Below are positions 16,400-26,561 of a stretch of 64,000 nt of DNA, piece after piece. The translations under genes were made by a program, and so were the position numbers. Source of the stretch: a virus (Duplodnaviria; Heunggongvirae; Uroviricota; Caudoviricetes); IMG/VR virus record IMGVR_UViG_3300017705_000602, one strand, 5' to 3'. The notes below the pieces were generated by a model that was not told the origin of the DNA, did not search any database, and saw only the letters and a program-made list of their open reading frames with translations. The stretch's first letter is position 1. Every line of letters begins with the position of its first letter.

Positions 16400-17021
16400 A
16401 AAACTCTCCCCAAATGTAATGAAAATTATGATCCCAGAACTTGTTACCGTGTAATTTTATTTGTTCAGCCGAAACACATTTCGAATTAAAGAATGTTTGC
16501 ATGTTGATATTAGACACAGCATCACTAGATGTAATAATAACTGGCATAGCATTTAGTACATCGTTATCTGTGTCTGTTGATGAAACAAAACAGATTATTT
16601 TATTACCAACTGTTAAAATAAAGTTTGTATCACGTTCGGAAATTAAATTCTTTTCAATAGAAGGATATTTGTGCAACATCGAAAGTATAGTAAAAGGACT
16701 TGTCATTGATGCTTTCGTAACTATCCGAAATCGTAACTTAAGGCTCGAATAGATATAACTGTAATGATGCTCAATTAAAAAGAAAGCATTTTTATTTTTT
16801 GCAACCACTTTAAATAGTTCATGGTCAACAGTATCAAGTAACATCTCATTAGATATATCGTTTCCTAATTTGCCTGGGTATACATAAATTGCATCGAACG
16901 TTTTTTCTTGACCTGGCAAAAACTCGCTTGCTGTTTTTATAACAAGATTTTTGTTACTTGAAAATTTGTTTACATACTCTACAAAATGGTCGTTTTGTTG
17001 CACAAGCAATAATATTTTCAT
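16380..17021 (-). CDS. Hypothetical protein, possibly a shrunken GT paralogue
   Basis: Overlaps both neighbours; remnant MPVIITS...QTFF...HN. Confidence 0.65.
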   Translation of the reverse strand: MKILLLVQQNDHFVEYVNKFSSNKNLVIKTASEFLPGQEKTFDAIYVYPGKLGNDISNEMLLDTVDHELFKVVAKNKNAFFLIEHHYSYIYSSLKLRFRIVTKASMTSPFTILSMLHKYPSIEKNLISERDTNFILTVGNKIICFVSSTDTDNDVLNAMPVIITSSDAVSNINMQTFFNSKCVSAEQIKLHGNKFWDHNFHYIWGEFYDYIQR

Positions 17022-18106
17022 GCAAATTTACTCAACAGATCGACTAGTGCTTTCTTGTAATCTTTCGAGATACAGTGCTGTCGGTTATGTTGTGTTATTG
17101 CTTGCACATGCGCTTGTTTATTATCTAGATCGTTTAGTGAAAAGTTGTCTACTTGAGATACAACCGAATCGATTCGATCGGACAATCCAATTAAGCTGTC
17201 GTATTCTTCGTCAAACAATATGTCAAATGATTTATAACCTTGCTGTTTTAAAAATCCAATCAGCCCTGGGCTACCTACCATCATAAAAGGATGCATAGAC
17301 AGTATTGCCTTGAATGTCTTTTCAGTTACAAACAACGAACCCGGTGTGTTAATCGATTCTGTTACAATTGAAAATGCAGTGTTATTGTACAATTCAACAT
17401 CGTCGAGGTACTGGTTCTGCAGACACTCTGTTAAAGTTAAGTCTATCATTACCGGATCGCTAAATGTAATTGCATGCAATTCAGCTTTTACTTTTTCCGA
17501 TGTGTTACAAGTATCTATTTCGTTTGCAACTAACTGGTCGCAATATCTATTTTTTAAATAACTTATATATCCGTCGTTGCGATTTTGCATTTTACGGAAC
17601 AGCATGGTTCTGTGTACTTTTGCAGTGCCGTTATACGAAAGAAACTTTTTAGCAGGATTAACCGATACTGTTTCTCTACCTTTGATTTTGTGAGTTGCAA
17701 TCATGTCGAAATAGAAAAACGGCTCAATTGTTAAATTGCTAGGACAGTTACGATGTGCAATTTCTCCGCACTCGCCAGTTATTATTAAAATTGATTTGTT
17801 ATGGATACCAAGGCGGTTCAATTGGAATATTTCATTCTCAATCATGCTATATGATACTGGTTCTCTCGGATAAAATAAAACCAGCTTATACTGACCAGAA
17901 AGTATTTTATCTACTTCGCAATCAAGCAACATGTCGACTAATCTACCGGTATCAAAAATATTAATTAATTCGACAATTAATAAACCAGGTTTATCAGTTG
18001 CTTGAGTATAATTTATATCATAAAAATCAAGGTAGTAAAATACCGAATCGTTATCTCGATAAGAAACATTTTGTAAGTCATTGCTTTTGCTACGAATTAG
18101 ATTCAC
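17018..18106 (-). CDS. GT10-like putative glycosyltransferase, paralogue 4
   Basis: KFLSYN..K.HR, FSIVTES, FVTEKTFKA, HPF..VG.PG, GYKSF, EEYD. Confidence 0.75.
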   Translation of the reverse strand: MNLIRSKSNDLQNVSYRDNDSVFYYLDFYDINYTQATDKPGLLIVELINIFDTGRLVDMLLDCEVDKILSGQYKLVLFYPREPVSYSMIENEIFQLNRLGIHNKSILIITGECGEIAHRNCPSNLTIEPFFYFDMIATHKIKGRETVSVNPAKKFLSYNGTAKVHRTMLFRKMQNRNDGYISYLKNRYCDQLVANEIDTCNTSEKVKAELHAITFSDPVMIDLTLTECLQNQYLDDVELYNNTAFSIVTESINTPGSLFVTEKTFKAILSMHPFMMVGSPGLIGFLKQQGYKSFDILFDEEYDSLIGLSDRIDSVVSQVDNFSLNDLDNKQAHVQAITQHNRQHCISKDYKKALVDLLSKFA

Positions 18107-19367
18107 GGTCTATTAACTCTTTGAATTCTGGAAAGATATCTGAAAAAGACTCTCTTCTTATTTGATCTAGCTCGTCTGTGTAGTTTAAAAACAGTTGCCA
18201 TTTTGCAGGGTCGTGTTCTTTTGTTCGATACAGTTGTTCTATTTCGTGCTTTTGATGACTAGACATATTTTCGCATTCGTTTATTTTGTCAATCAGTTGC
18301 GACCTTATCGATAAAGGTATAACATCCGGCGACATAAAATCAGGCCACATTACAAAATTGTGAGCTATTTCAATTGAACTGTCGTACTCGTTCCAATAGT
18401 CGTGGAACTCTTTAAGATACGGAAAGTTATATACGCTGACTGTTTGCAGTATCTTTATACGCACAGTATCGGTAGCAAGACACTGATCAACTGTTTTTAA
18501 AACTTTATCCCACTTGGTTGGGTGTCTAATATAATAGTTTCGATCTTCGATATCATCGATGCTGGCACGAATTTCAACTTCCTTAAACTGATCCCACAGT
18601 TCAAGCGCGATATCGGGGATAAGCGTCATGTTCAAGCTATACCAAATTTTAATATTTTTAGCAAATCCTTTTTCGATTAGCTTTTCCAAGAAACGCCAGT
18701 GCTGTTTGATTAACGTGGGCTCGCCGCCATTAATGTATAAACTTTCTAAGTTTTCGCATTTGTCTAGGATATCATCGTACACATTTTCATCTTCGCACCA
18801 ATCAAATGTCGACCAGTCCAGCCCTCGATACTGAGGAATAACTTTTGCACCTTCCCACTCACCGTCCTGAAGTTTTTCGTAATCTGTTTTCCATCGGTTT
18901 GAGCTTGCAGGGTTGCAAGTGCGACATTTAACATTGCATACATTGCCAAGTCTAAACTCAACAAAGCGTAAATCAGTTTTCTTTAAACTGCCGTCTTGGT
19001 TGGTGTTGTCTGCGGCTTCCGCTAACGAATAGTTAGGATATTCTCTTTGCTCTAGCAGACGTTTACTGTCTAAACCTTTGTCTTCGCGATTGTAACATCG
19101 CATGCATGCTTCGGGTTTTTCTCCTGCTAGCATTTGCTTACGAACTGTTTTAAAGTAATCGCTGTCATGTATTTCTTTAATAGTGTGCTTGCCAAGGAAT
19201 TTAATTTCTTGCTGGTCAGCACCTACAATCGATTCTTTAGTATCTTTACTGCTACTAGCATGATTGGTCATATCAGCTTCGCAACAAAGAGTAACATGCC
19301 CCATAGGGTGTGTTGCTAAATGAATCCATGGTAATACACAAAATGTTTTCTTAGGATCGTTGCTCAT
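18090..19367 (-). CDS. N-terminal twitch/SPASM-domain radical SAM protein 1
   Basis: FCVLPWIH...CC...C.RCY..E, then CNVKCRTC and GGEP. Confidence 0.92.
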   Translation of the reverse strand: MSNDPKKTFCVLPWIHLATHPMGHVTLCCEADMTNHASSSKDTKESIVGADQQEIKFLGKHTIKEIHDSDYFKTVRKQMLAGEKPEACMRCYNREDKGLDSKRLLEQREYPNYSLAEAADNTNQDGSLKKTDLRFVEFRLGNVCNVKCRTCNPASSNRWKTDYEKLQDGEWEGAKVIPQYRGLDWSTFDWCEDENVYDDILDKCENLESLYINGGEPTLIKQHWRFLEKLIEKGFAKNIKIWYSLNMTLIPDIALELWDQFKEVEIRASIDDIEDRNYYIRHPTKWDKVLKTVDQCLATDTVRIKILQTVSVYNFPYLKEFHDYWNEYDSSIEIAHNFVMWPDFMSPDVIPLSIRSQLIDKINECENMSSHQKHEIEQLYRTKEHDPAKWQLFLNYTDELDQIRRESFSDIFPEFKELIDRESNS

Positions 19368-20692
19368 TTTATCTCCTGATTCCACCAGCTAATTGCCTGA
19401 GTGTTAACTGCTAAAATTTCTTCCATTGTGATTGGTTGCTTTCTTATTCGTTCTAGTTCGACCAAGCGATGCCGACCTTCTCGAAAGCCTTCTACATAGT
19501 TATCATACTGTTCTTCGAACACTGGGCGCTTTTTCATTTCGTGTAATGTGTCTATGTACACTTGTGTTTTGCGCGTAACACGTGGTTCCATATACTCGAG
19601 CAGTTCGTCGATAATATTGTCTAACACATCGCGTGGCATAGACATGGGCGACATCAGCACGGTGCTGTCAAAAGAAAATGTTATTTTTAAATATGTTTTT
19701 ACATCAAGCTCTTGAGCAAGGTCAAACATAGACTTTAGTGAAAACAGTCCTGGCATGGTCAGTGTTACATCGAACACTATTGCATCTTCGCCAAACTGCT
19801 CTTTCAAGAAAAGACCTTGTTTAAAATTGTCAAGCCATTTATCCCAGTTGAGACCACTGCGTATGTATTCACCTATAGCGCCACTTCCGTCAATACTGGC
19901 ACATAAATTTACTCGCTTAAAGTGCGGAAGCAATTCATACAACTGCGAGTCTTTGCGACTGAGACGATTAAGATTGGTGTTGTATCTCACAACTACATTT
20001 TTAGAATGTCCACTGTCGACCAGTTGTTGCATTACAGTCCAGTGCTTTTCCCACATTAATGGTTCGCCGCCCACCCAATATAATTCTTCGACAGTTTCGT
20101 TATCTACTGCTTGCTGTAATTCGTCTTCGAGCACATTCTCCTGGAAGTCTCGGATAGGTATACGTAGCTCGGGAGCCATCCACTTGTCAAATTTAGGATC
20201 CCACATGCCATGCTTTCGTTTTTCGGCTTCCCAGCTTGAGCTCAGTTGTTCTCCGCACATGCGACACTTGAAATCACAACGATTACTTAAACGATAATCA
20301 AAGCTGATAGGGTCAAGTGTAGTGTGGCCATCTGCAGAAGTACTTTCGTAAATCTTGTCAATGTATTGAGGAAACAGTGTCTGCGTGAAGTAGTTTCGGT
20401 AAGTGTGCAAATTTAAAACTTGGTTGTTGCAAACTTCGCACTGGGGTATTTTTTCGCCTGCTATGATTCGGCGGCGAATATCTTTCATGTATTCTGAATT
20501 CCAGTGCTCGCTTAATGTTGCCGGATCGAATACATCTGTTTTTGTGCCTGAGTCAGCATCAATGTACTGTCGTTGAAAAGACGCATCCTCCCTGCTTGCA
20601 CAACACAATCGTCTTTCGCCTTGCGGGCTAACATACGTGTGTGTCCAAGGTGCAGTACAAAAAACATCAGGTATTGTGTTTGGTTTCTCCAT
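19364..20692 (-). CDS. N-terminal twitch/SPASM-domain radical SAM protein 2
   Basis: FCTAPWTH...CC...CEVC; CDFKCRMC; GGEP; YNTN. Confidence 0.92.
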   Translation of the reverse strand: MEKPNTIPDVFCTAPWTHTYVSPQGERRLCCASREDASFQRQYIDADSGTKTDVFDPATLSEHWNSEYMKDIRRRIIAGEKIPQCEVCNNQVLNLHTYRNYFTQTLFPQYIDKIYESTSADGHTTLDPISFDYRLSNRCDFKCRMCGEQLSSSWEAEKRKHGMWDPKFDKWMAPELRIPIRDFQENVLEDELQQAVDNETVEELYWVGGEPLMWEKHWTVMQQLVDSGHSKNVVVRYNTNLNRLSRKDSQLYELLPHFKRVNLCASIDGSGAIGEYIRSGLNWDKWLDNFKQGLFLKEQFGEDAIVFDVTLTMPGLFSLKSMFDLAQELDVKTYLKITFSFDSTVLMSPMSMPRDVLDNIIDELLEYMEPRVTRKTQVYIDTLHEMKKRPVFEEQYDNYVEGFREGRHRLVELERIRKQPITMEEILAVNTQAISWWNQEIK

Positions 20693-21878
20693 AAATGTAT
20701 TCTTTTAACTCCGGAAACGTTGATGCAAAATCTTCGTTTCTAAATTCGTCTAAGTTGTGTGTTATATCATTAAACGCAATAAGCTCTTGTGATAATCCTG
20801 GCGTGTTAACATATTCGCGTATTTCGTTAAGCGATCGTTTAGCTGATTCGTACTTGAATTGATGTGCATTATACATTTTTTCAATACGTTCAATTAATAC
20901 TTGCTTGGCAGCCAGTGGCAAGTTTTTAATGTTGTAGTGAGATGGATGATACAGCATGTTGAAATAAATTTCAAGATTGTTATCTTCGGCCCATAGTACA
21001 AACTCGCAGATGTCAAGCACGTTCAGTATATTTACTGTATGGCAAACTTGTAGCACAATATTATCGAACTCGCGAAATCTCATGATGTTGCTTTCGACAG
21101 TTTGCCATTTCGAACCGTGTCGTTGATATTCAAACTTTTTGCCTAGTGCATCAATACTGAGCATGATTTCCACGCGCTTGAATTTGGTCCATACTTCGTG
21201 CAAGATTTCGTCCGATGGTAAAATCGTACCGTTGGTGTTGTAATGTATTGCAATGTCAGACACATCAGCTTGCTCAGTAAGCAGTTTCAAAAAGCGATAA
21301 TGCTCTTTGATCAACAAAGGATCGCCACCTGCAAAGTCTATCTGAACAACATTGTCAACATACTGCAACAAGTCTGCCCAGAACTCTGGGTAGTCTTCTG
21401 CCCATCGACTGTTTGCAAGATAATAGTCAATCGTGTCTTCGTCAGCTAGCTTTAATGCCTTTGCATCTTTTGCCCACTTGATACTGTTCTCGTATGTGCA
21501 TATACGGCACTTTAAATTGCAAATCGACCCTAGTTTTAAGTCGAAATAGATGGGATTTTCCTCACTAACTACCTCGTAGCTATGCTCTGGTGCATAGAAT
21601 CGGTCTAGGTCGTTAATACGCTTGCTTTTCATGCCACCGTCTTCTAAATCCCAGCAGTATCGGCATTCGTCGGGTCGTTCGTTGTTGAGAAACTTTGTTC
21701 GCAACGATTGCATGTTTTTAGAGTTCCATACATCGCCGACTGTTACGCCTTCTGATATATGTGTCTTGCCATCGTCGCGTTCAATTTTGCCCTGATACAA
21801 ACAGCATGCCCTAAAAGTTCCATCTGTTTCGGCACTAAGGTGTACCCAAGGCAGAACACAGAAATTACTTTTAGACAT
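20667..21878 (-). CDS. N-terminal twitch/SPASM-domain radical SAM protein 3
   Basis: FCVLPWVH...CC...CRYCW; CNLKCRIC; GGDP; YNTNG. Confidence 0.92.
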   Translation of the reverse strand: MSKSNFCVLPWVHLSAETDGTFRACCLYQGKIERDDGKTHISEGVTVGDVWNSKNMQSLRTKFLNNERPDECRYCWDLEDGGMKSKRINDLDRFYAPEHSYEVVSEENPIYFDLKLGSICNLKCRICTYENSIKWAKDAKALKLADEDTIDYYLANSRWAEDYPEFWADLLQYVDNVVQIDFAGGDPLLIKEHYRFLKLLTEQADVSDIAIHYNTNGTILPSDEILHEVWTKFKRVEIMLSIDALGKKFEYQRHGSKWQTVESNIMRFREFDNIVLQVCHTVNILNVLDICEFVLWAEDNNLEIYFNMLYHPSHYNIKNLPLAAKQVLIERIEKMYNAHQFKYESAKRSLNEIREYVNTPGLSQELIAFNDITHNLDEFRNEDFASTFPELKEYIYGETKHNT

Positions 21879-23085
21879 TCTGATCCTTGTATTTTAACAT
21901 TGGCTCAAGTTCCGGGAATGCTGACAAAAAGTCTTCTTTGCGTATATCGTCAAGTGCATTGTTGCGTTCAAAGAACTCCGGGATCAAATGTGTGTCGTCT
22001 CTACTGTTCATGTAGTCAACAACACTCATTAATCGATTGCTTTCTCTGTATTCCATTGGAATTTGCTGTAGCATACGTTCGTACTTTTTAGTTATACGCT
22101 CTTTGATTTCGGGAGGTAAAATAGTTAAACTCAAATGAGCAGGATAATGCAATATGTTGATATTAATTGCTTCCCAGTGAATATACCCTTTGTTTAACCA
22201 ATCTAAGTAAAAGTCAGGTAGATGCCAGCCGTTATAAAGAGATACAGTTGCCGCAACAAAAAAAGAAACGTGCGGACATTTTTCTTGTAGTTGTCTTCGG
22301 TTTTCTTCTATCTTGGCCCAGTTGGTTCCGTGTCGCATATATTCAGCACGAGGGCCAGAATCATCTAAACTTGCACCTACATTTACATCTGGAAACTTTG
22401 ACCAGAGATCAAATACATCGCGGCCTTTGAAACGCATTTTACTAAAGTTAGTGTTGTACACCAAGCGTACATCTGTTTTACCTTTAGCAATTAAGTATTC
22501 GAGTATTTCGTAATGTTCAACCGCAACTAAGGGCTCGCCGCCCGCAAAGTATATTTCTTCCACATGCGGCAGTATCTTGTCTAGGTTGGCCCACAGTTCT
22601 TGTTCTGTTTCGAAAGGCTTTTGTATTCTTTCGCCATCTGCTGAACCGTATAAAATAACTTGATCATCGTACCAAAGTGAACTCAACGACGGCCCACAAC
22701 TGCGACATTTGAAGTTACAAATATTACTGAATCGAATATCCATGTAACGTATCTTCATTTCAGGATGATGCCCATCTTCCGCTGTTTTGCGTGTCGACGT
22801 CATGCGATGCCCGAACTTTTGATTCATGTCTTGTCGCATACTAAATGAGCCATGCTCTTCTAGTTTGTAACAGCGTTCGCATGTTTTACTTGGCTGTCCT
22901 TTTAGCATGTTTTTTCGTAGCTTGCGCATGCGCTCACCGTTCCATACATCTTCCATTGACTCAGTTTTTACGTTGCCAAATGGATCTTCGGATGGTGAAG
23001 TACAGCAAGGGTATATGTTACCATTTGGCCACATGTGCATGTGAATCCACGGCGCCATACAAAAATGCTTGTTTGGTTCTTCCAT
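21871..23085 (-). CDS. N-terminal twitch/SPASM-domain radical SAM protein 4
   Basis: FCMAPWIH...PCC...CERCY; CNFKCRSC; GGEP. Confidence 0.92.
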   Translation of the reverse strand: MEEPNKHFCMAPWIHMHMWPNGNIYPCCTSPSEDPFGNVKTESMEDVWNGERMRKLRKNMLKGQPSKTCERCYKLEEHGSFSMRQDMNQKFGHRMTSTRKTAEDGHHPEMKIRYMDIRFSNICNFKCRSCGPSLSSLWYDDQVILYGSADGERIQKPFETEQELWANLDKILPHVEEIYFAGGEPLVAVEHYEILEYLIAKGKTDVRLVYNTNFSKMRFKGRDVFDLWSKFPDVNVGASLDDSGPRAEYMRHGTNWAKIEENRRQLQEKCPHVSFFVAATVSLYNGWHLPDFYLDWLNKGYIHWEAININILHYPAHLSLTILPPEIKERITKKYERMLQQIPMEYRESNRLMSVVDYMNSRDDTHLIPEFFERNNALDDIRKEDFLSAFPELEPMLKYKDQNV

Positions 23086-23849
23086 TATAATCCTTTTAAG
23101 AATGCTGTAACAGCTTGTTCAGCAAACATACGTTGATATTTGTTATGCGGATGCATGCCTTCAGGAATGTCATCGCCGAGGTCTCTACAAAACTCTCGCA
23201 AGCCCTGTATGATATTTTCATCGTTAATATCGGCACCATTGTATTCCCACCAAGTGCCCCGGTCTACTAAATCGTGCAAGTATTCAGTCTCTGGGTAAGT
23301 TGCAGTTAACAGCTCGTGGTCCCATGCTTTAAAGTTCATGAGCGGAATACTGTTTGCTTTACAAAAGTTTTGCAGTAACAACACCGAATGCATCGAATCA
23401 ATGTACTGATTAACATTGCTGTGACAATGCCCGAAATACATTTCCATTAACTGATCAATGTGCTTGTTTTCAAACGTCCAATGTCCGTAGCCCCCGGTGC
23501 TTTTTAACCAAGCAGAGTATTTAGTATCTCCATCGCATAAAAAATTAGTTACTTTATGGTCGTGTGTCTTCTCAACTTTCTTTACTTCGGAAAACATCGG
23601 ATGAGTCTGATCAAAGTGAAATTCAAATCGTGTAGGTTCGCTCCATCCGACCACAAGCACTGTATCTTCGAAACTAGTTTGTTTGCTCAGTTGATACAGT
23701 GCATTTCTAGCTATCATAGTGTTACTTGAACCCATTTCTGCGCAAACAGTAACGTTATACGCAGATTTGTCTAAATGGTATGGCCAAGCAAGATATTCAT
23801 CGATGCAATGAAACGTATATGAGTCTCCTGCACAAATTACATTTTTCAC
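23085..23849 (-). CDS. SGNH/GDSL-like protein (possible O-acyltransferase or esterase)
   Basis: N-terminal GDSYT, G.SN..I.R, C-terminal xxHP. Confidence 0.65.
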   Translation of the reverse strand: MKNVICAGDSYTFHCIDEYLAWPYHLDKSAYNVTVCAEMGSSNTMIARNALYQLSKQTSFEDTVLVVGWSEPTRFEFHFDQTHPMFSEVKKVEKTHDHKVTNFLCDGDTKYSAWLKSTGGYGHWTFENKHIDQLMEMYFGHCHSNVNQYIDSMHSVLLLQNFCKANSIPLMNFKAWDHELLTATYPETEYLHDLVDRGTWWEYNGADINDENIIQGLREFCRDLGDDIPEGMHPHNKYQRMFAEQAVTAFLKGL

Positions 23850-25510
23850 TTTTCTTGTTCTCTTAAAATCTCTTCGATTAGCTCGGCACGTTCCCAGTCG
23901 GTATTCATTTGCTCAACTGAAACATGCTTGTATGCTTTCATGAGATCCTCGTCGGTCATTGTGGATAACTCTACGATAGTATATTTCTTTTCTTTATACT
24001 CTCTTGCACCAGGATTGGTGTTTTGGTTTTTCCACTCGTCAGTCTTTGCACGCTTTTCGAGCTCTCTGCGTTCTAGTGTTTGCTTGCTTGAATCACCATC
24101 GTACAATTGCACCACTGGTATTGATTCTTCGTAAGGCAAACTGTCAAACCATTCGGCAAGCTCAGGAAATGCATAATTGAAGTCTTTCTCTCTGCGTTCG
24201 TCGTACTGCATGTAAAACGACTTGAAGTCTTTATGACGAGATTCAATTGAACTTGTGTATCTGTGCGGTTCGTCAACAGAACGTAAATAGTCAATCAGTC
24301 GATCGACTCCGTCAATTTCCATGTCGTGCATGATACCAGAGTCACGATTTGCAATAAGCCATTTCTCGATGTGATCTGCACGTTCATGACGCAGTTCTTC
24401 AGGTAATGTACCAGGCGATTGGAAACTTGGAAAACGTAAAATGTTAACTGAGTACACGCCAAACATGTGACCGTATTTGCGCTTGAGTAAATTACAGTAG
24501 TCCATAAAATCAGTAATTGAGTACAGACACAAGCTGTTTATAGTCATCATAACATGAAACTCTTTTACGTTACCTTCTTGTAACAATCGATCTGTTGCAT
24601 GCTTCCAGTAATCCCATTCAAGCCCATCACGAATGTACTCTGCTTGTTTGCCTGTTGCTTCACACGAAGAATAAACAATAAAGTCCTTAAAGTAATGCGA
24701 AGTTTCAATAAACTTCTCCATTGTTTTACCTTTATGACCCATGTTGCTGTTTACAGCAAACTTCATGTCTAAGTCTTGTCCGTTTTCTTTCCACCAGTCG
24801 CACAGTTTCCAGTACTCTGGACTCATGGCAGCTTCGCCACCGGTGATACGCAATTGCTGTAACGATTGACTTAACTGTGGCCACCAGTCCCAGAAAGCAT
24901 CAGTATACGGATTCGATTCGTTCTTTCTGAACTGTTTAGTCCAGCCGCCGTCTTGCTGAAATGCGCGTGCGCCATCGCTGTGCAAGTTTTGATATGCACC
25001 GTTCTGACGTATATCTTTTTGCCACGTAGTCGAAAAGCTTGCATTACAGTACGAGCATGCAAAGTTACAGTTGGCATCAAACGCAATTTCAAGTGTTTTA
25101 AGGTCGACGTCTTCTGTTTCAGCATAAACATCACGGCATTCTTCGAGTTCTTCGTCAGTGTATATAACACTTTTAAAAACGCGATCAGAAACTTTCTCTG
25201 GACCAAGGTCTTCAATTTTCCAGCAATACTCACATTCTTTTGGCCGTTCACCGATTAACATCTGCTTACGTACCATTTTCTTGTATGTAGTATTGTGAAG
25301 CATAGACGGATTCTTTTTCAAGTCGTCAAATGTTTCGCCACTGTCAACATCAACAATTTTGTGAGCAGGTGGATGGTGACAGCTGGCAGTTGTTCCATTG
25401 TTTAGCCATACAGTGGCATTGTACCACTTGGCACCACAGAACGATGACGATATAGGGTCAATTGCTCTGTCTCGGTATTCTCTGTAAGATTCGTCTTGGC
25501 GTTTTGACAT
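23846..25510 (-). CDS. Radical SAM protein 5 with C-terminal Rho-N/HEH-like extension
   Basis: FCGAKW...SCHHP...CEYCW; CNFACSYC; TGGE. Confidence 0.9.
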   Translation of the reverse strand: MSKRQDESYREYRDRAIDPISSSFCGAKWYNATVWLNNGTTASCHHPPAHKIVDVDSGETFDDLKKNPSMLHNTTYKKMVRKQMLIGERPKECEYCWKIEDLGPEKVSDRVFKSVIYTDEELEECRDVYAETEDVDLKTLEIAFDANCNFACSYCNASFSTTWQKDIRQNGAYQNLHSDGARAFQQDGGWTKQFRKNESNPYTDAFWDWWPQLSQSLQQLRITGGEAAMSPEYWKLCDWWKENGQDLDMKFAVNSNMGHKGKTMEKFIETSHYFKDFIVYSSCEATGKQAEYIRDGLEWDYWKHATDRLLQEGNVKEFHVMMTINSLCLYSITDFMDYCNLLKRKYGHMFGVYSVNILRFPSFQSPGTLPEELRHERADHIEKWLIANRDSGIMHDMEIDGVDRLIDYLRSVDEPHRYTSSIESRHKDFKSFYMQYDERREKDFNYAFPELAEWFDSLPYEESIPVVQLYDGDSSKQTLERRELEKRAKTDEWKNQNTNPGAREYKEKKYTIVELSTMTDEDLMKAYKHVSVEQMNTDWERAELIEEILREQEK

Positions 25511-25511
25511 A

Positions 25512-26561
25512 TTATAACCTAAACAGTCCCTTTTGTTGAATTTTCAGTTGATTGTGATCACGGAACCATTCAAGGTTTTCGCGATTGTGTTCGATGTCAG
25601 GCAACATTTCGTTGTACATTGCGCGTCTTTCTTTTTCCGACATGTCTGCTACTTTTTTAATAGCATCGCATATCACTTGATATCTTTCCATGCTGTACGA
25701 TGGCATCATGTCGTAATCTAAGTCAAAGTACTTATGAAATGTTCTAAACCCACAAGCACGCAAGTGATTAACAATACCAGTGTCGCCTAATACAATAAAC
25801 GGACGCATACCTATCATGGGCTTAAATATCTTCTCAGACATAAACATATTAGACTCTACTGTGGTTTCGGTAACTACAACAAGAAAGGTGTTGTTCCAGA
25901 TATCCATATTGCCTAGTGAGTATATGTCATGCGGTATCGGTGATTCATTAAGTGCTTCTTGTTCGCCTTGTTCTACGTACTGATCGGAAACTTCTGGCAC
26001 AGTCATTGGTGCTGCCTCAAATGCCAACGGGTACTTTACGTGCGGATTGTGAGTGTAAAACTGATCACCTAATGTTACTATTCCCTGCTTTTCAAGGCCG
26101 TTATGTAGTATTTGGTTGACAAGTTTAAGGCGGTGTTCGTGTGGATTTCGGTTGTAAGATAAGAAAGCGTGCTTAAACGAGTCAGGTCGTACTTCGTCGA
26201 CGGTGTACGGTTTGTGATTTTTGGTTGCATAACCCCAGAAGCTAAAATATCCGCGACCTGTTGTATTGCCGAGGTAATATACGTTTTTAGCTTTGGCTTC
26301 GTAGTCGGCAATACGATTTCCTGGCACAGGTTCGACGGTCGATAAGATGAAGACATTGTCATATTCCTTTTCGTATTTAGGGCTGTTAAGATTCTTGTCA
26401 GGCGGAATCATCCACTCCCATTGAGTACTTATAAGCAGATTTTTCGCACGAGGAAACCGCGTATTAATCTGCTTGGTAATGTAGTAAATTGTTTCGTTGT
26501 AATCTTTTGCTGTTTGCCAATGCTCGGGTAATCCCCCGTCGACTATATCAATCATTGTCAA
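25512..26561 (-). CDS. GT10-like putative glycosyltransferase, paralogue 5
   Basis: FLSYNR.PH.HR, FLVVVTET, MSEKIFKP..G.RPF..LG, GFRTF. Confidence 0.75.
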   Translation of the reverse strand: MTMIDIVDGGLPEHWQTAKDYNETIYYITKQINTRFPRAKNLLISTQWEWMIPPDKNLNSPKYEKEYDNVFILSTVEPVPGNRIADYEAKAKNVYYLGNTTGRGYFSFWGYATKNHKPYTVDEVRPDSFKHAFLSYNRNPHEHRLKLVNQILHNGLEKQGIVTLGDQFYTHNPHVKYPLAFEAAPMTVPEVSDQYVEQGEQEALNESPIPHDIYSLGNMDIWNNTFLVVVTETTVESNMFMSEKIFKPMIGMRPFIVLGDTGIVNHLRACGFRTFHKYFDLDYDMMPSYSMERYQVICDAIKKVADMSEKERRAMYNEMLPDIEHNRENLEWFRDHNQLKIQQKGLFRL

